In this document: one piece after another, positions 33,801 to 47,120 of the stretch | Numbering within the stretch: position 1 is the first letter of the stretch | Layout: every line of letters starts with the position of its first letter | Source of the DNA: Antedon mediterranea | Lineage: Eukaryota > Animalia > Echinodermata | Assembly (NCBI RefSeq): GCF_964355755.1 | Contig: NC_092678.1 | Location: 22,151,365 to 22,215,364, forward strand | Length of the DNA: 64,000 nt | Direction: 5' to 3' | Made by a program: the position numbers and the translations under genes | Notes under the pieces: model-generated | Database searches by the model: none | Seen by the model: the letters and a program-made list of their open reading frames with translations, nothing else | What the model was told of the DNA's origin: nothing

Positions 33801-36800
33801 CCATTTCTAATTAATTGAGCTCTTTAATGTTGTACTGTGGAATGAATTATTGCCGATTTGGATTAGAGATAATTGATAAAAAGAGGTAATTGGGAATATT
33901 TAGTAATTTCCATCTATTACAGTAATCTAATAACCTATTCATCAGCAAACCGTCATTACCAAATGCAATTATTAAAACCTGTGTGTTTATTTGTTTTGTA
34001 GTTTCCGTTCAAAATGTTTGTCATTATTCGTAAATAATTATTCTAATTTTTAAACTAAAAAGCTTTGTCATCATAAGGTTTATCGCAAATAGCGTGCACG
34101 ACGTCATTGCACAATGCATGATGGGAAGTTTTGGTCACGACGAGTCCGTTCGTGATTGGTTGTCTGTGCGTACGCGTCGTGACGTTTTCTCCCAAACCCA
34201 TCTTGTGCTTGCTTATGCAATGACGTTTCTCGTGAAATTAAGCTATTTGCAGCAAAAGTTATTTTGGAAAATAATGTTTTAAAGCTATTGATTCTGTTAT
34301 CAGTAATGTTGCGTCCGATAACCGTCATAATTGCGTCATTTAGCTTATTTAAAACGCATTACATTATATGAATTACGAATTGTTTTCATTATCACATTAA
34401 TGTTTATCTCTTCACAACATTTTCACAATTAGACAGGCAATAAGACTCATTGAAATTGATGTAATAATCACGTTGAAAAAATAGACATAATATTTATAAA
34501 AGTCATTATAGAATTATATTATAATTATGTCTTCCTTTAAATTATATGAATTATATCGTTAGTCCTACTAAATTAAGTTTTCCAATTCATATTTGCATAT
34601 TATATAATTATTAAAGTTAATATATATATTTATATTTCGATAACTGTAGGGCCTAATTTTATAAACGTTTTTATCGAATTCCACTCCATTTTAATGGTAA
34701 TTTCCATATTGTTCTTTTGTAAATAATTCGTAATTCGGTCACTGACTGTTATGTTCTATGTTATTTGTGTTTAAATAAAATACCATCTACAAAAGAACCC
34801 CTCCTTTGGATACCCCTATCTAGGGGATACCCCTATCTAGGGGATACCCCTATCTAGGGGATACCCCTATCTAGGGGATACCCCTATCTAGGGGAAACCC
34901 CTATTAAGATAATGATTCCCCCCTTTCCATTCTTTTTTTAAAATATTTGTACTAATGCTTATGTATGGAGTGTGTATGATGAATGGAAAGAAAGAAAGAA
35001 AAAGAAAAAGAAAAGAGGACAAAGCTGTCCCTTAATAGGGGTTCTACTATATCGGAATAAATGTCAATTGGACCTAAATCAAATTAATCAAATTAATCTA
35101 ATTAATGTCAATTGGACCTATATCAATTTCTTCTTTGGTACTAAGTTTCTCTGATAGCCTACTTATATGTGCACAATTTGTTCTTCAATCAAATATCTTA
35201 TCTTTATTATCAACAATTTCAACAATTGCTACTCTTGAACAATGACAATTTTATTTGTTGTTTTGTTTGTTTCTTTGACGCGCCTTTAGCTCTTGAGTGG
35301 TATGTGCGCTATATAATTCCAGTATTATTATCATTATTATTATTTATTATCTAACCAACTTAAATTGCCTTGGTGTTGTACTAATTGTTGTCTCTGACAC
35401 TCTGATAATGTAGCAATCATCTGCCTTGTAATTTACTACCCAGTAATCAACTAAAACACGACAATCTATTTATGAAGGAAATAACAATTCGTAAAGTTCA
35501 ATTGATCATTTCCATAGCGATATCGTTTTTATTTTCACTGGAACTACCAAATATAGGTCAAATACAGGTCAAATATGGGTCAAACCCTTATCACAACTTA
35601 CAGTGTTATTTCAATACAAATATTGAAATAATTGATTTAAAAACGAAATTAACTTTATTAATTAGGGAAACAAAATAAAAGAACAGTTTCGTGTGTTTCA
35701 ATATCCATAGAATAGAATTAATATTTACAAACCGTATTTGGTAAAACGAGGAAATCACGGACTAAGAAAAATGAGATAGGGATAAAATTAAGAACTGTGG
35801 TTAACATAGTTAAAATAGTAAAGAATAAATCTAAACATCACACCTTATTGATATGACTAATGAATATTCATGTATATTTTGTGACGTTTCACGAGGGGTC
35901 CCCAACTTATGTACGAAAAGAAATATCGCTTCCGGGAATCAGTAAAATGTGTAGTTGGTAAACTTTAAACCTGTGTAACAGAAAATTATAAGTTCGCTTT
36001 AAAATAAAAAAGAAACCACGTAGCTTGTCCCACGTAGAATCTGTATCTATCATCCTGAGCGGAATACCGCGTAGCTTGTCCCACGTTGAATCTGTATCTA
36101 TCTTGAGCGGAATACCGCGTAGCTTGTCCCCCGTAGAATCTGTATCTATCATTCTGAGCGGAATACCGCGTAGCTTGTCCCACGTAGAATCTGTATCTAT
36201 CTTGAGCGGAATACCGCGTAGCTTGTCCCCCGTAGAATCTGTATCTATCATTCTGAGCGGAATACCGCGTAGCTTGTCCCACGTAGAATCTGTATCTATA
36301 ATCCTGACCGGAAACCGCCCGTCCTCTCCGCGTTGTGTGTAAATGGTCATAATGAATAACATAGATTCTATATTAATTGTATTACCGTAACCGCTCGTCT
36401 TTGTAAACTGGTGAACCTTATACAGACCCGCCCCGGATTGAGTACCCCTCCGAACTTAAACTAACCAGCCTCAACATTATCCCCAGTTCTTGGGATGCGC
36501 GCAATAGTAACAAACATGAATTTTATAACAAGTAGCCGAACAACTCTCTCTATTATCGTATAGATTATATACGACGCACTAGTTTTCATAACCAAAGTAT
36601 TTAATCCTACTATCCAACCCATATTACTATTAATATTATAGGAATTATACAATACAATAACGCCTTTCCTTGCCAAATAAAATAATATGTAGTTTTCCCT
36701 ACTAAAAGCAAATTGTTAGAATGACATCACAGCCCAACACATGCAAACGGTTTAGGCTGGTAAAGAAAATGATTCGTAATTTCCTACGTTGAGGTCAAAG

Positions 36801-39800
36801 CTGATTCACATTATACAGATAGTAACAGGTATGATCTATTTTTAGATTTATATAAATCCGTTGGAAGCTTTCTATGAAAAAGTAGGGTCAATTGTTAAGC
36901 TCTGTCTACACTGTCAAATAGTGTGATGTACCCAAATATGGTAGTGATATGCTCAAATATGGCAGTGATATGCTCAAATACGGTATGGTATATCGACAAA
37001 TGACCAGGGTAAGTTTCTCACAACATTTGGCGCTTTATAAATAGAGGATATTATATTAATTTCGATAATATCATCTTGAACTTCGACCTTGTAGGCCTAT
37101 TTATGCAATGGATTCGATAATTTCTATAGAATCATTTTTTTGTTTAGGTAAATTGATACAATCTGTAGTTTTGGATTTGGAATATATTGATAGATCACTG
37201 CAAGAGAAAAGTTGGTGTTTTTAGTTCTGTGTGTTATTCCAATAAATGCACTAAAAGCTAGAAAATAAGAGTGTGGTCTAATGGGTATGCATTCACCTTC
37301 CAATAGTAGAGTTCTAGGTTCAAGTCCTGTCTATTTTATTTTTAAAATTTTTCTTTCTCTTTCTCAAAGTAGTACTGTGTGTGAATACACGTTATGTCAT
37401 TCTTTGTGTGAATTAAATATTTTTTATAAAGTTTATGAATTATGATTCGAATTGTTGTTTTGTATTATGTGGCTATTTCGGTTGAATTGCACCGTGTTAC
37501 TATTGTATTGCTTAAACAAATAGTATTAAATATTGATTTATGATTTCTCAAAATTAAAATAATTTATTACTTTTGCTGAATCGCTTCTGACAACTTTTAG
37601 AGTTGTGTGATTCATTAAACAAATCTTATTATTTTGTCGTAAGTAATTTGAATAAAGGTATGTTATTGATGGGTTGTGCGACTTAAACACAGCACTTCCG
37701 CCAGTAACACACTGTGCAAAGCAATTTTGAAAGCACAGGAAGAGCGCTCGATCCTCAAACGTACGTGCTGCCTTAGACAATGTGTGACATTCGAATGAAC
37801 GTATAGTTATGTTCAACCTTTTCTTCGTAGTAAAGCTTGGTTCCCACTAGAACATAACGCAAGGACGTAAACGCAACGCAAGCATTTTAACCAATGACAA
37901 GCGAAGTTATAGACAGTTAGCAATCACAAGCGAATAAGCCATCGCTTGTGATTGGTCAATTCACTTGCGTTGCGTTACGTCCTTGTGTTGCGTCGCTAGT
38001 GGGAACCACGCTTAAGCGTGGACACAGCTGTCTGGGCTGGGTGAAACAGTATATTTCTTTGTTTAAATTAATGAAGTAATGTGCGTGGCTTGTTACACTT
38101 GTCTGTAAGCGCATTGCAAAAATTTGACCAATCAGAACGCGGTGGATCATCCGAACTGTCGCTTGTGATTGATCGACGCAAAGTGCTGTATTGCGTAATC
38201 ACAAGTGGGAACCGACGACCTAATAGTTCTGCAAACATCGCAGGGCACTTGCTTACGTTGCGTAAATTGCGTTACGTTGCGTCACTAGTGGGAACCACGC
38301 TTTACATACTACTGCAGTGGTCTACGGTCTCGGAAGCTTAATTCACAACAAACTTAGTATAAGATCTATCCAATTAACATGTGCCGTGATCTTACTCTCC
38401 AATAGACTTGTTCCAATTGCCACAATTAATAATCAATGTTTTTGTCGTCGGTTCCCACTTTTGATTACACAATCACTTTGCGTTGATACGTTGCGTTCTA
38501 GTGGGAACCAAGCTTTACGTTTTGAGACAATTGATCGAATTGCCACAAATAATTAATGTTTTTGTCGTCTGTTTTGTTTATTTCTCATTGTTGATTGACT
38601 TCGAAATTTTCTTATAGAAAATATCGCAGACTCAGCATCCCGTGTACCAGGCTATAACATTTCCATGTTAAGCCTATTATTAGATTACAATTGAATAAAT
38701 TCGTCTGTCCAATGGTAGTAGAAAGTAGGGCTGGGTGAAACAGTATATTTCTTTGTTTAAATTAATGAAATAATGTGCGTGGCTTGTTACACTTGTCTGT
38801 AAGCGGATTGCAAAAATTTTGACCAATCAGAACGCGGTGGATCATCCGAACTGTCGCTTGTGATTGGTCGACTCGCTTGCGTTGGGCATATAGCATTGTG
38901 TCCAAGTGGAAATCATGCAAATAATGCTCTGTAGTCTAGTACTGTATTAATGTTTCTCTATGGTATGATTTAATAAAAGAGTTAAACCTTTGTATCTGCT
39001 TTATGTTTACAATTTATAGAATATTTTATTAAGGCATTAATAGTACCGTACACAATATGTGACGCATTCCGCACCAAAACAACATTTTTGAGTGCCTTGC
39101 TCGAACAGGTACACAAAAAGAAACCCGTTTGTGTACTTAAGTACTGTAAACACATATTCACAAATAATATCGTGCATGTGTGTTTCTGTTTAATTTTTCG
39201 TCATCTGTTTCCGCAAATTTAATTATGTTGTGTTTGTGTGTCTATATGCTGCCTTAACCAAGCGTGGTTCCCACTAGAACGCAACGCAGCGACGTATCGA
39301 CGCAAAGTGTTGTATTGCGTAATCAGAAGTGAGAACAGACGACGCAATAGTGCTGCAAACATCGTAGATTTCACGCAGGCGCGCGGAGGCAAACACAATG
39401 ATTGGAATGGCATTTTCTTACGTTGCGTAGATTGCGTTACGTTGCTAGTGAGATCTACGCTTGAGAACCGACGACGCAACTGTGCTGCAAACATCGCAGA
39501 TTTGAGTTTACGCAGGCGGGGGCAAACACTATTATTGGAAGGGCATTTTCTTACGTTGCGCCACTAAAGCGTGGTTCCCACTAGCGACGCAACGCAAGGA
39601 CGTAACGCAACGCAAGTGAATTGACCAATCACAAGCGGTCGCTTATTCGGTTGTGATTGCTAACTGTCTAGTGAGAACCAAGCTTTAAACGTAACACAAG
39701 GACGTAAACGCAACGCAAGCATTTTAACCAATGACAAGCGAAGTTATAGAAAAGCCGCGCGCATCCGGGAACCAACAGTTAATTCGTGTACACATGTTTA

Positions 39801-42800
39801 GTCATCTAATTTATATTATTACTCTATAATAACAAAACATCATTTGTTATTTCCCTTTTTCGGTTACACTAATATCAAGGTCACGCCTCAGGACAAATTA
39901 AATAAATGCTATAATTTGTATAATAATGAATTAAACATTAGTTTTCATTTTTGCTAACCGTAGGCATATTACATAACACGTTTTATTACTCAGTGATATT
40001 TATCTTCATCTAGTACACGTTTTTGTACGTGCAGATTGTGTTATTAATCGTACAAGTCCCTCGCCTTACTCACCAAAGTGAAATATATAACATAAAGAGC
40101 AACTATATTTAAAACTGCAACAGAAGTTGAATAAAAACACGATATACAGAAAAGAAAAGTAAAATTTTCACTCGAAAGCTACGCCCGACACGACCATTTT
40201 AATGTTCTCTTCTGGGAACAAATTATACAGCTCTAGGCCTACTATCGTGGGAAATATATCATAATTGTGGCACTGCTAGGTCAATATAAAAGATAGGACG
40301 AGCTAGTACGAGCGTTAGGCCTACATTACGAAGAAGTACCGTATTACGTTGAGTCAATTGCATTACTGAAACCACGTGTGTACTGTACACCTGTTACAGG
40401 TGTATCACATTGGCACACTACATGTGATATCATTGAATTGTACAACAGGTGTTAGTAAAGCTGCGCTTAATATACCAAGACACACCTTTTATATAAAAGT
40501 GCGGAGTTCTTTGACCCTAAGAAATGCAAAGGGGGGGGGGGGGGGGTGGGGAATGAAATATTAAATTTAAAAAATGTGACTACACGTGTTGCTGACTGTA
40601 TAGGTAATGTTTAGGCTTGCCCAAAGTCTGTAATTATTTCGAGACTTTTCGATGTTTGTCTGAAAAACAAGCTAAAGTAATATACATATGAAACGCCATA
40701 TGTGCCAAAATATTTATCTTTTTACTGTAAGTCAAAACTCCCGTCTGAAACCCAGACTAAGGGAATGTTGTTCTATACTAGTGATATCTGTACAAAAATA
40801 ATATACAACGGCTCCGATCCTATTTATAAGTTTGAAATATCCCAATAAAATAACAAAATATGTTATGAGTGGTACTTGTAGATATGAAATGATAGGATAG
40901 AATAGGATTTGATCATCGTTATAGGAACTATACATTTTTCTAGTTTCCGTCTGTTTCTCAAGGCTGCACCAGTTCGGTCTTCTTCCGCCTGTACCCAACA
41001 CCGGCTGCAGCCAATACAGTCAATTACGTATTCACCAGAGAGCCTAAGGGAGCATCAACTGATTTTAAATGAAATAATAATACATTATATAATGTACACA
41101 CATCCATGATGAATCACTTTAATTGAACGAAACTTATTTCTGATCTTTTTTCTTTCTTTTTCTTTCATTAAGCGTCGTTATTTTGCATAGGGCTTTACAT
41201 TACGGTACAAACAGCATCAAAAGGCAAAACTATATGACTGTATATTGTAAATATATTTTTAATCTATATTTTACAGGAGGAATTATTACAGTTAAAAAAT
41301 AAAACTAATAGAGAAGAATTTGAAAAGAAAAATATACAAAAACGATCGTTAGTCGAAGGGCAACCGACAGAAATACAATTTGTAGATGGATCATCTGCTA
41401 ACGGTGAGTTTTTTATGAAATTATTTTTTAGAGGCGTATCTAAAAAAATAGAGGACAGCCGCCTATTAAATCACTGCCAATTATATTATAATTATTATAC
41501 TGTATTAGGTAAAGGATTGTAGTGCAATGATATTGAAAAATTCTTCTGATAGCGCAAAAAAACACAACTACCCCCTCTATTTTCAACTGCACTACAATAG
41601 TTCCCGTACTGACAGAAATGATAAAATGCCTAGGCCTACACCTTTGTGATTCGTTAAATACATTTGTAAAACTAGTATCATAGCACCGTTGCTTGGAAAA
41701 GTAACTTCTTTCTTTGAAATAAGTTAATTTAGTACAGTATAAGTCGATAATAGAATAAAAATGATTTCGCAACAATTTATGATAGCAGCAAAAAACACAA
41801 CTACCCCCTCTATTGGCAATCGGCTGTTCACAATAGTTCCCGTCTCGCACCGGAATATCATATTATTACCATCATTAATAAAATGCACCTTTATTTTTCA
41901 TGAAATACTTCTCTAAAACTACTATACTTAGCACCTCCTTATGTATAGACCGCTGATAGCTTTTAAACAAATTAGTTTAGTACGATACAGTGCAAATAAT
42001 GTTTTGAAATGGTTATGATAGTAGCAAAAAACACAACTACCCCCTCTGTTTGCATTCACATTTACAGTTCAATAGTTCCCGGCCGTACTGGAAGACAAGC
42101 AGAACAGAACAACATGGGAAGGTTTTAAAACAATTTAATTTAGTACGGCACAGTCAGGTCCAATAATGATTTTTTAAATGTTTTTCTTTGTGTATGTATA
42201 AACTGCTTTGTGTATTTTGCTAGCTTCTTGACCTCATCTTAGCCCAGCCCAGTAAATTGAGATTGTCTGCACTTTGTCTAGGCTGCTGCGCTGCAGGTTG
42301 TCACTCTGTATACAATTCCCCAACCCAAGTAAACAACTCGATATGGCACTTTCTTTTATCCAGTTTGACTCATCTTTAATAAATTACTATCTATTTCTAA
42401 TATTTTCAAAAAGAAACATACCTAAAGCTAGATAATATCTTATGCTTTATATTATTTTCAATCCCCTCAACACTAATTTTTATTGTTTTCAGTTCAGTAG
42501 ATGTTAGACAGTATCCCTATGTCTGACACTTCATGTACAAAGAAAAATGTCCACCTAGCAAAGTCTGGAACTATAGTGTAAAAACAAATTTTGGATTTCA
42601 TCTAGTACATGATGATATTACACTTTTTCTAATAGATGTCGCTATTATGATATCGAAAAGCAATAATTAAGAATTAAAAAATGTTTTTAAAGTATTTTTA
42701 TATGGTTGTCATCTGCCTTGTATTTGTAACAGAGTTTCAATGCATGTTTTATAATAATTCCCATCACACATTTCAAACTTGTCAGATGACCATCTCAAGA

Positions 42801-45069
42801 TCGTGAGAAAAGCCAAATGTTTCTTTAGGCGTAGTCAATAGGATATTTATCAAATATAGTTTTTTATTTCAAATGCCATCTGTCACAAATGTAACCATAT
42901 TGATTGTCACTAACCGGTCCCCCAGTGACAGTCTGTCTGTCAGCCCCACCCGAGCTCTAAAGACACGTTACACTATTAGCTTTGGTAATATTAATATTGA
43001 GGATCAGTTTCAATTATGAAACTATGTATTAGGACGGATTAGCCTATTTTCTGGGAATGACTGATGTAACTGTACTTTTAACCTTACTAATTTAATTTAC
43101 AATGAGGCGTGCTATTCTAATATAGGTCCCTAATAAAGTTGTATACATATTATGTATTTATAGCTAGAATGTATGCATATATGTGAGGTAAAATCCTAAT
43201 ATATTATAGTTTTGTGGTCTAACAGTCTGGTGCTCAACCTGTGAGCAGAGAGGACAGGTTTGATTACTGTTACATATTTTTTAAAGAGAATGACAAACCT
43301 TTTGATACAAAATTGTTCTACATTTTTTCTGTGAAATGATTTGCTTTTATAATGTGTATTATAAATAAATGTTGTTTTTAACGTGGATAAAGTTTCAACA
43401 TTAAAAATCATAACTTTTTTTTAAACCAGATTTTTACCAAACTGTAAGTAAACAGACGACAAAAACGGGTACAAGCGGGGTTCAAATCCCCACAATAGTC
43501 CTACGAGGAAAAGATGGGCGGGATGGACGCGACGGTTTGCCAGGCCCAACTGGACCTATTGGAGAGGCAGGAAGGAATGGGCACGATGGAACCCCTGGCT
43601 TGCGTAAGTATATTGTTATTTCTATCCAGGGTTTTTTTGGCTGTATTGAAATCTCGAGAGGTGTTAATAAAATTATGATTTTATCGTATAGGTCAATCTT
43701 ATACATTAGTTACGCCAGTGCACCTCCCCAAAGACTTGCTAGTTCTGAAATAAAAATCAATTTTCTCCCACTTAATATCTTCCTCGACTATTTTCCATTG
43801 ATCCATTGTGGACTGTGTGATTCATTGTACATGGATGCATTGAACATTGTTTTACATAATACTTGGTTCCTACTAAAGACACAACATAAGGATGTAACGC
43901 AACATGATGAGTTGACCAATCACAAGCGATAGATTATTCAAACTGTCGCTTATGATTGGTCAACAGGCTTATGTTGCTGGTGTTCTATTGTGAACCAAGG
44001 TTTATTGATGAGGCAAGCATTGGACTTGTTAAATCTGTTTAAAAGAAAATTTCTTAACAATCAATTTTATTTATTTTTTACAGAAACATTGGAATAATTA
44101 ATTTAATCCATGTTTAAATTATTTAATTTTGTTTAGCTGGACCACAGGGTATGCAAGGACTTCCCGGGCTAAAAGGCGACCGTGGACAGCCTGGATACTT
44201 ATATGGAGCTAACTGCGGGTCAATAGGAAATACGTATATACGCTGGGGGAAGAGAATATGTCCCAAGTCTGCAGAATTAGTATATCAAGGTATTTAACTA
44301 AAGAACTAAAGAAAGTTGATGTATACGATAGCCTAAAGTTTTGTTTACAGTATCAAACTAGTTTGACAAAAAATGTGTGACATGCCCAAATATGGTAGTG
44401 AAATGCCCAAATATGGTAGTGATATGATCATCATGTCCATATATCGGCACATCACATTTTCTTATAGTGTAGGCAGAGCTTAAGACATAATTTCGAGAAA
44501 TGACCAATTTAATTTGTAATTGACTGTTTTATTTCTTTAACTTTCCTAATAGTATGCTAAATTATTGTCATCTTTTAGGTGTTGTTGGCGGTTCTTCGTA
44601 TAACCACGAGGGCGGTCTAGCAGATTTACAATGTCTCCCCCACAATCCGGTGTTGCACCGTCCGCTACCACCAACACAGCAGGACAGGCGAGCGTTCATA
44701 TTCGGCGCCGAGTACAACACACTTGATTTCATGCCATTACGGGCGCTACACAACCGAGGAGCCGTCTGCGCAGTCTGTCGTGTTGTTCAACGTAGCACTG
44801 TTCTGATGGTACCGGGCACGAGCATCTGCCCCGTAGGCTGGCTTGCTGAATACGACGGATACTTGATGGCTAGTTCGTTTGAAAGTAAAGGCAGGCAGAC
44901 GTCAGTGTGTGTTGATAGAATGGCTGAAGCAAGATCGAATTCTCTTCCGGTTAATGAAAATGGTGCGATACTATCCCCGGTAGAAAGAGGAGCCTGTGAT
45001 CGGAGTTCCCTTCCGTGTAGGTCATATGCACGTGGTGCAGAATTCACTTGTACCGTTTGTACCTTATGA
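30576..45069 (+). CDS. Short-chain collagen C4-like protein with N-terminal membrane anchor, 5 exons, 418 aa
   Basis: join(30576-30887,41277-41403,43430-43603,44137-44289,44579-45069) = 1257 nt, in frame. Contains hydrophobic FALALSVGVMVVLALIFPTI, a heptad coiled coil, QKRS, 18 Gly-X-Y triplets (GKDGRDGRD...GQPGYL), then TYIRWG-x3-CP...VYQG...GG...QCLP...CAVC...CPVGWLAEYDGYLM...CVD...CTVCT, typical of the short-chain collagen C4/spongin-related C-terminal domain. Linkage of exons 1-2 is inferred from phase and splice sites. Confidence 0.8.
32485..32618. mobile_element. MITE family A
   Basis: both TIRs, diverged. Confidence 0.8.
34808..34903. repeat. 17-bp hairpin unit tacccctatctagggga x5, within a MITE-like shell (about 34787-35050)
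   Basis: direct inspection; agaacccct / aggggttct inverted ends. Confidence 0.85.
36016..36310. repeat. Minisatellite of alternating 51/48-bp units, about 6 copies
   Basis: ccgcgtagcttgtcccacgtagaatctgtatctatc(att)ctgagcggaata. Confidence 0.92.
36898..36990. mobile_element. MITE family A, truncated
   Basis: left TIR plus units. Confidence 0.72.
37268..37330 (+). mobile_element. Degenerate tRNA-derived SINE head or tRNA pseudogene
   Basis: A-box-like tggtctaatgg and B-box ggttcaagtcc; stems broken. Confidence 0.45.
37834..38012. mobile_element. MITE family B
   Basis: both TIRs, TAA TSD. Confidence 0.85.
38028..38880. repeat. About 150-bp direct duplication (about 38033-38175 and 38728-38872)
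   Basis: gggctgggtgaaacagtatatttctttgtttaaattaatg...aactgtcgcttgtgattg occurs twice. Confidence 0.85.
38120..38514. mobile_element. MITE family B fragments
   Basis: gtgggaacca ends at about 38301 and 38514. Confidence 0.65.
39261..39750. mobile_element. MITE family B composite cluster
   Basis: left TIRs at 39261 and about 39568, right TIR about 39685, duplicated internals. Confidence 0.78.
41277..41403 (+). CDS. collagen-like gene exon 2
   Basis: ttttacag|EELLQLKNKTNREEFEKKNIQKRSLVEGQPTEIQFVDGSSAN|gtgagt. Confidence 0.75.
41545..42090. repeat. Diverged tandem repeat of about 235 bp, about 2.5 copies
   Basis: gcaaaaaacacaactaccccctct...caatagttcccg at about 41554, 41788, 42024. Confidence 0.75.
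43430..43603 (+). CDS. collagen-like gene exon 3 (start of Gly-X-Y)
   Basis: ...VLRGKDGRDGRDGLPGPTGPIGEAGRNGHDGTPGL|gtaagt. Confidence 0.88.
43861..44001. mobile_element. MITE family B, diverged (collagen intron 3)
   Basis: cttggttcctact...gtgaaccaagg. Confidence 0.65.
44137..44289 (+). CDS. collagen-like gene exon 4
   Basis: PGPQGMQGLPGLKGDRGQPGYLYGANCGSIGNTYIRWGKRICPKSAELVYQ. Confidence 0.9.
44337..44480. mobile_element. MITE family A (collagen intron 4)
   Basis: TIRs, TAA TSD. Confidence 0.82.
44579..45069 (+). CDS. collagen-like gene exon 5 (Cys-rich C-terminal domain)
   Basis: ORF 44554-45069 from acceptor cttttag; AATAAA at 45210. Confidence 0.92.
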
Positions 45070-45323
45070 TATACTAATATCATACAACAGAGTAAATCAA
45101 CGTGAGAAGAGTGCGCTTTGTCGACATGGTGTTAAGTACAAACAAATAGAACAACCAACCATCGCCTCCGGGCTTAGAAAGTGGCCGTCATTCTCTCGTA
45201 TAGAAAAACAATAAACAAATTAATTTTGGTTTATAGTACTAAAATGTTATTGTCCAAAAAGAAAAAAAAATCTAAAAATATATAAAATGCAATTCTAATT
45301 AAAAGTTGATGTTTTTTGTTTAA

Positions 45324-45869
45324 AGATATATTGTCCCTTGAAACACAAAAAGATGAAGGTCAAAATATTCTAAATTTAAATTGGCCATATCAAAGTAATA
45401 TTAAAGTTATTCACTTTAAGTTGAAAATTCGAGCCAAAAGCAACAAGTTTACGTAATTAACAGGTAAAATAGTTTGATTACATTTCGTCTGGAAAATCGT
45501 CGCAAGCGAAAGTAAACAAAGATTTAAACCACGAGTACGCATTATGCATGATGCTAATTAGGATTGTTTACAACTCGTTACGGTTGAGAAGGTACTTTCA
45601 CACAGATTGTGAGGAAGTTTTATAATTATGCATACAGACTAGCCAAACAAGCATGTTTCATTATGGGATATGTTTTGATCAAAAACTTTGACTGGAAGTC
45701 AAAGTTATTTTTTTAACCAAAAAACGTCTGTATTTCAGTTAAATGATTTTTTTTCCGACAAATTTTTGGTGATAGTTAATAACTATTATGATACTTTAAA
45801 ATGACCCACCTTTTTTCGAAATCTGTTTTTTTTTGTTTTTTTTTTATTAGTCAAAGGGACAATACATCT
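45324..45869. mobile_element. Kolobok-like non-autonomous element (same TIR family)
   Basis: TTAA TSD; agatatattgtccc / gggacaatacatct. Confidence 0.78.
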
Positions 45870-47006
45870 TTAATATAGCTAAAAATCACTTTGACCTTCA
45901 TTTGTACATCTGTATGTATTTTTTGTTTATTTTTACGTTTAATTTCAAACTTTCTGCAATATGTTTGTGCCGACCGTAATTTTGAATAAGCAATATTGTG
46001 AACAAATGGAGAAAGTAGACATGAATTTGTTTATGTCAGTCGTCAATGGATACTAATAATAATAGACAATATTGAATGGACGTGCTAGTTATGTTTTTGA
46101 ACTATTATTTGAACATGATAATTTTGGTCAAATTATTCTTAATTTCAAATGGATTAAGAATGAAATCAGAAGTTTGTGTCATTCGTCACTGGACACTGAT
46201 AATAGTAATAATAATAAAATCGCGAAAAAACGTTTAATGTGAACTATTATGGACTAATACAAAAAATAGAGAATGAAGAATGAAGAAATGAATTTAATTA
46301 CGTCAAATGACTTATTTAAAAATTGTAGTTTTTTAATATGTAAATAAAGTTATTTTCCATATATACAGTAGTGTGCGTTGTCTTTTTAATATTTTTACTT
46401 TGTATTAATATAAATAATAATTATATTATGTTACATTGGTAATGTGTTTAAATAATACTCCTAATACAATATGGTAATAATGGCCAGCGATCTGATTTTT
46501 TATAATTGAGGTGGAAGGGTGACCTATATTTTTAGAATTTTAAATTGCGCATAATAATTAAAATTATTAGCTAAATTAGTAGACACCTTGGGGACCAAAC
46601 AAAGTGTCCTATAGTTTAAATTATATAACTCCCTTCGTACGTTTCTCTTTAATATGTGTGTCCCCTGAATATAGATGTCCCAAAGGAGGAATTTTACAGT
46701 ACTTTTTATTTTTCATTGCTTCACAATGCAATTACAGTACTGTACTCTAAATTTTAATAAGTAACATTTTCTGTGTGACGATATAGAGGGCGGCATTACA
46801 TTTTTGTTGACCTTTATTGCACGGGTCACTGACTCTACACAACAAAATAAAAGTATTGAGTTGTTCGACATTTTTTTGTAAGTTTGTTTTTCCGGGTAGG
46901 AATGAAAGCAGGAAAAAGAAGACAAGAATGAATTCGTGAAGCACTGTCAACTTTGAAGGGTGAAATCAAAAGAAGGACGTTTATTGTGTTTGTTAATTTA
47001 AGTATA

Positions 47007-47120
47007 ATGGGACGAAATATGAAAGAACTGTTGGTGTCCTTGCTTGAGAGCTATGACCAGCTTCTAAATTCTAAAGGGACCCCGGAGGACCCACATCCTC
47101 CCCTTGCAAAGGAGTTCTTC
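47007..47120 (+). CDS. PTPN12: PTP exon 1
   Basis: [20 protein letters not shown]...LAKEFF|gtaagt. Confidence 0.85.

Noticed and set aside
35907-36362. Three overlapping repeat-protein ORFs
   Set aside because: Explained by 51/48-bp tandem units that lack stops.
39219-39567. ORFs of 91 and 109 aa
   Set aside because: They lie within GC-rich family B MITE sequence; the same peptides appear at 38081 and 62648.
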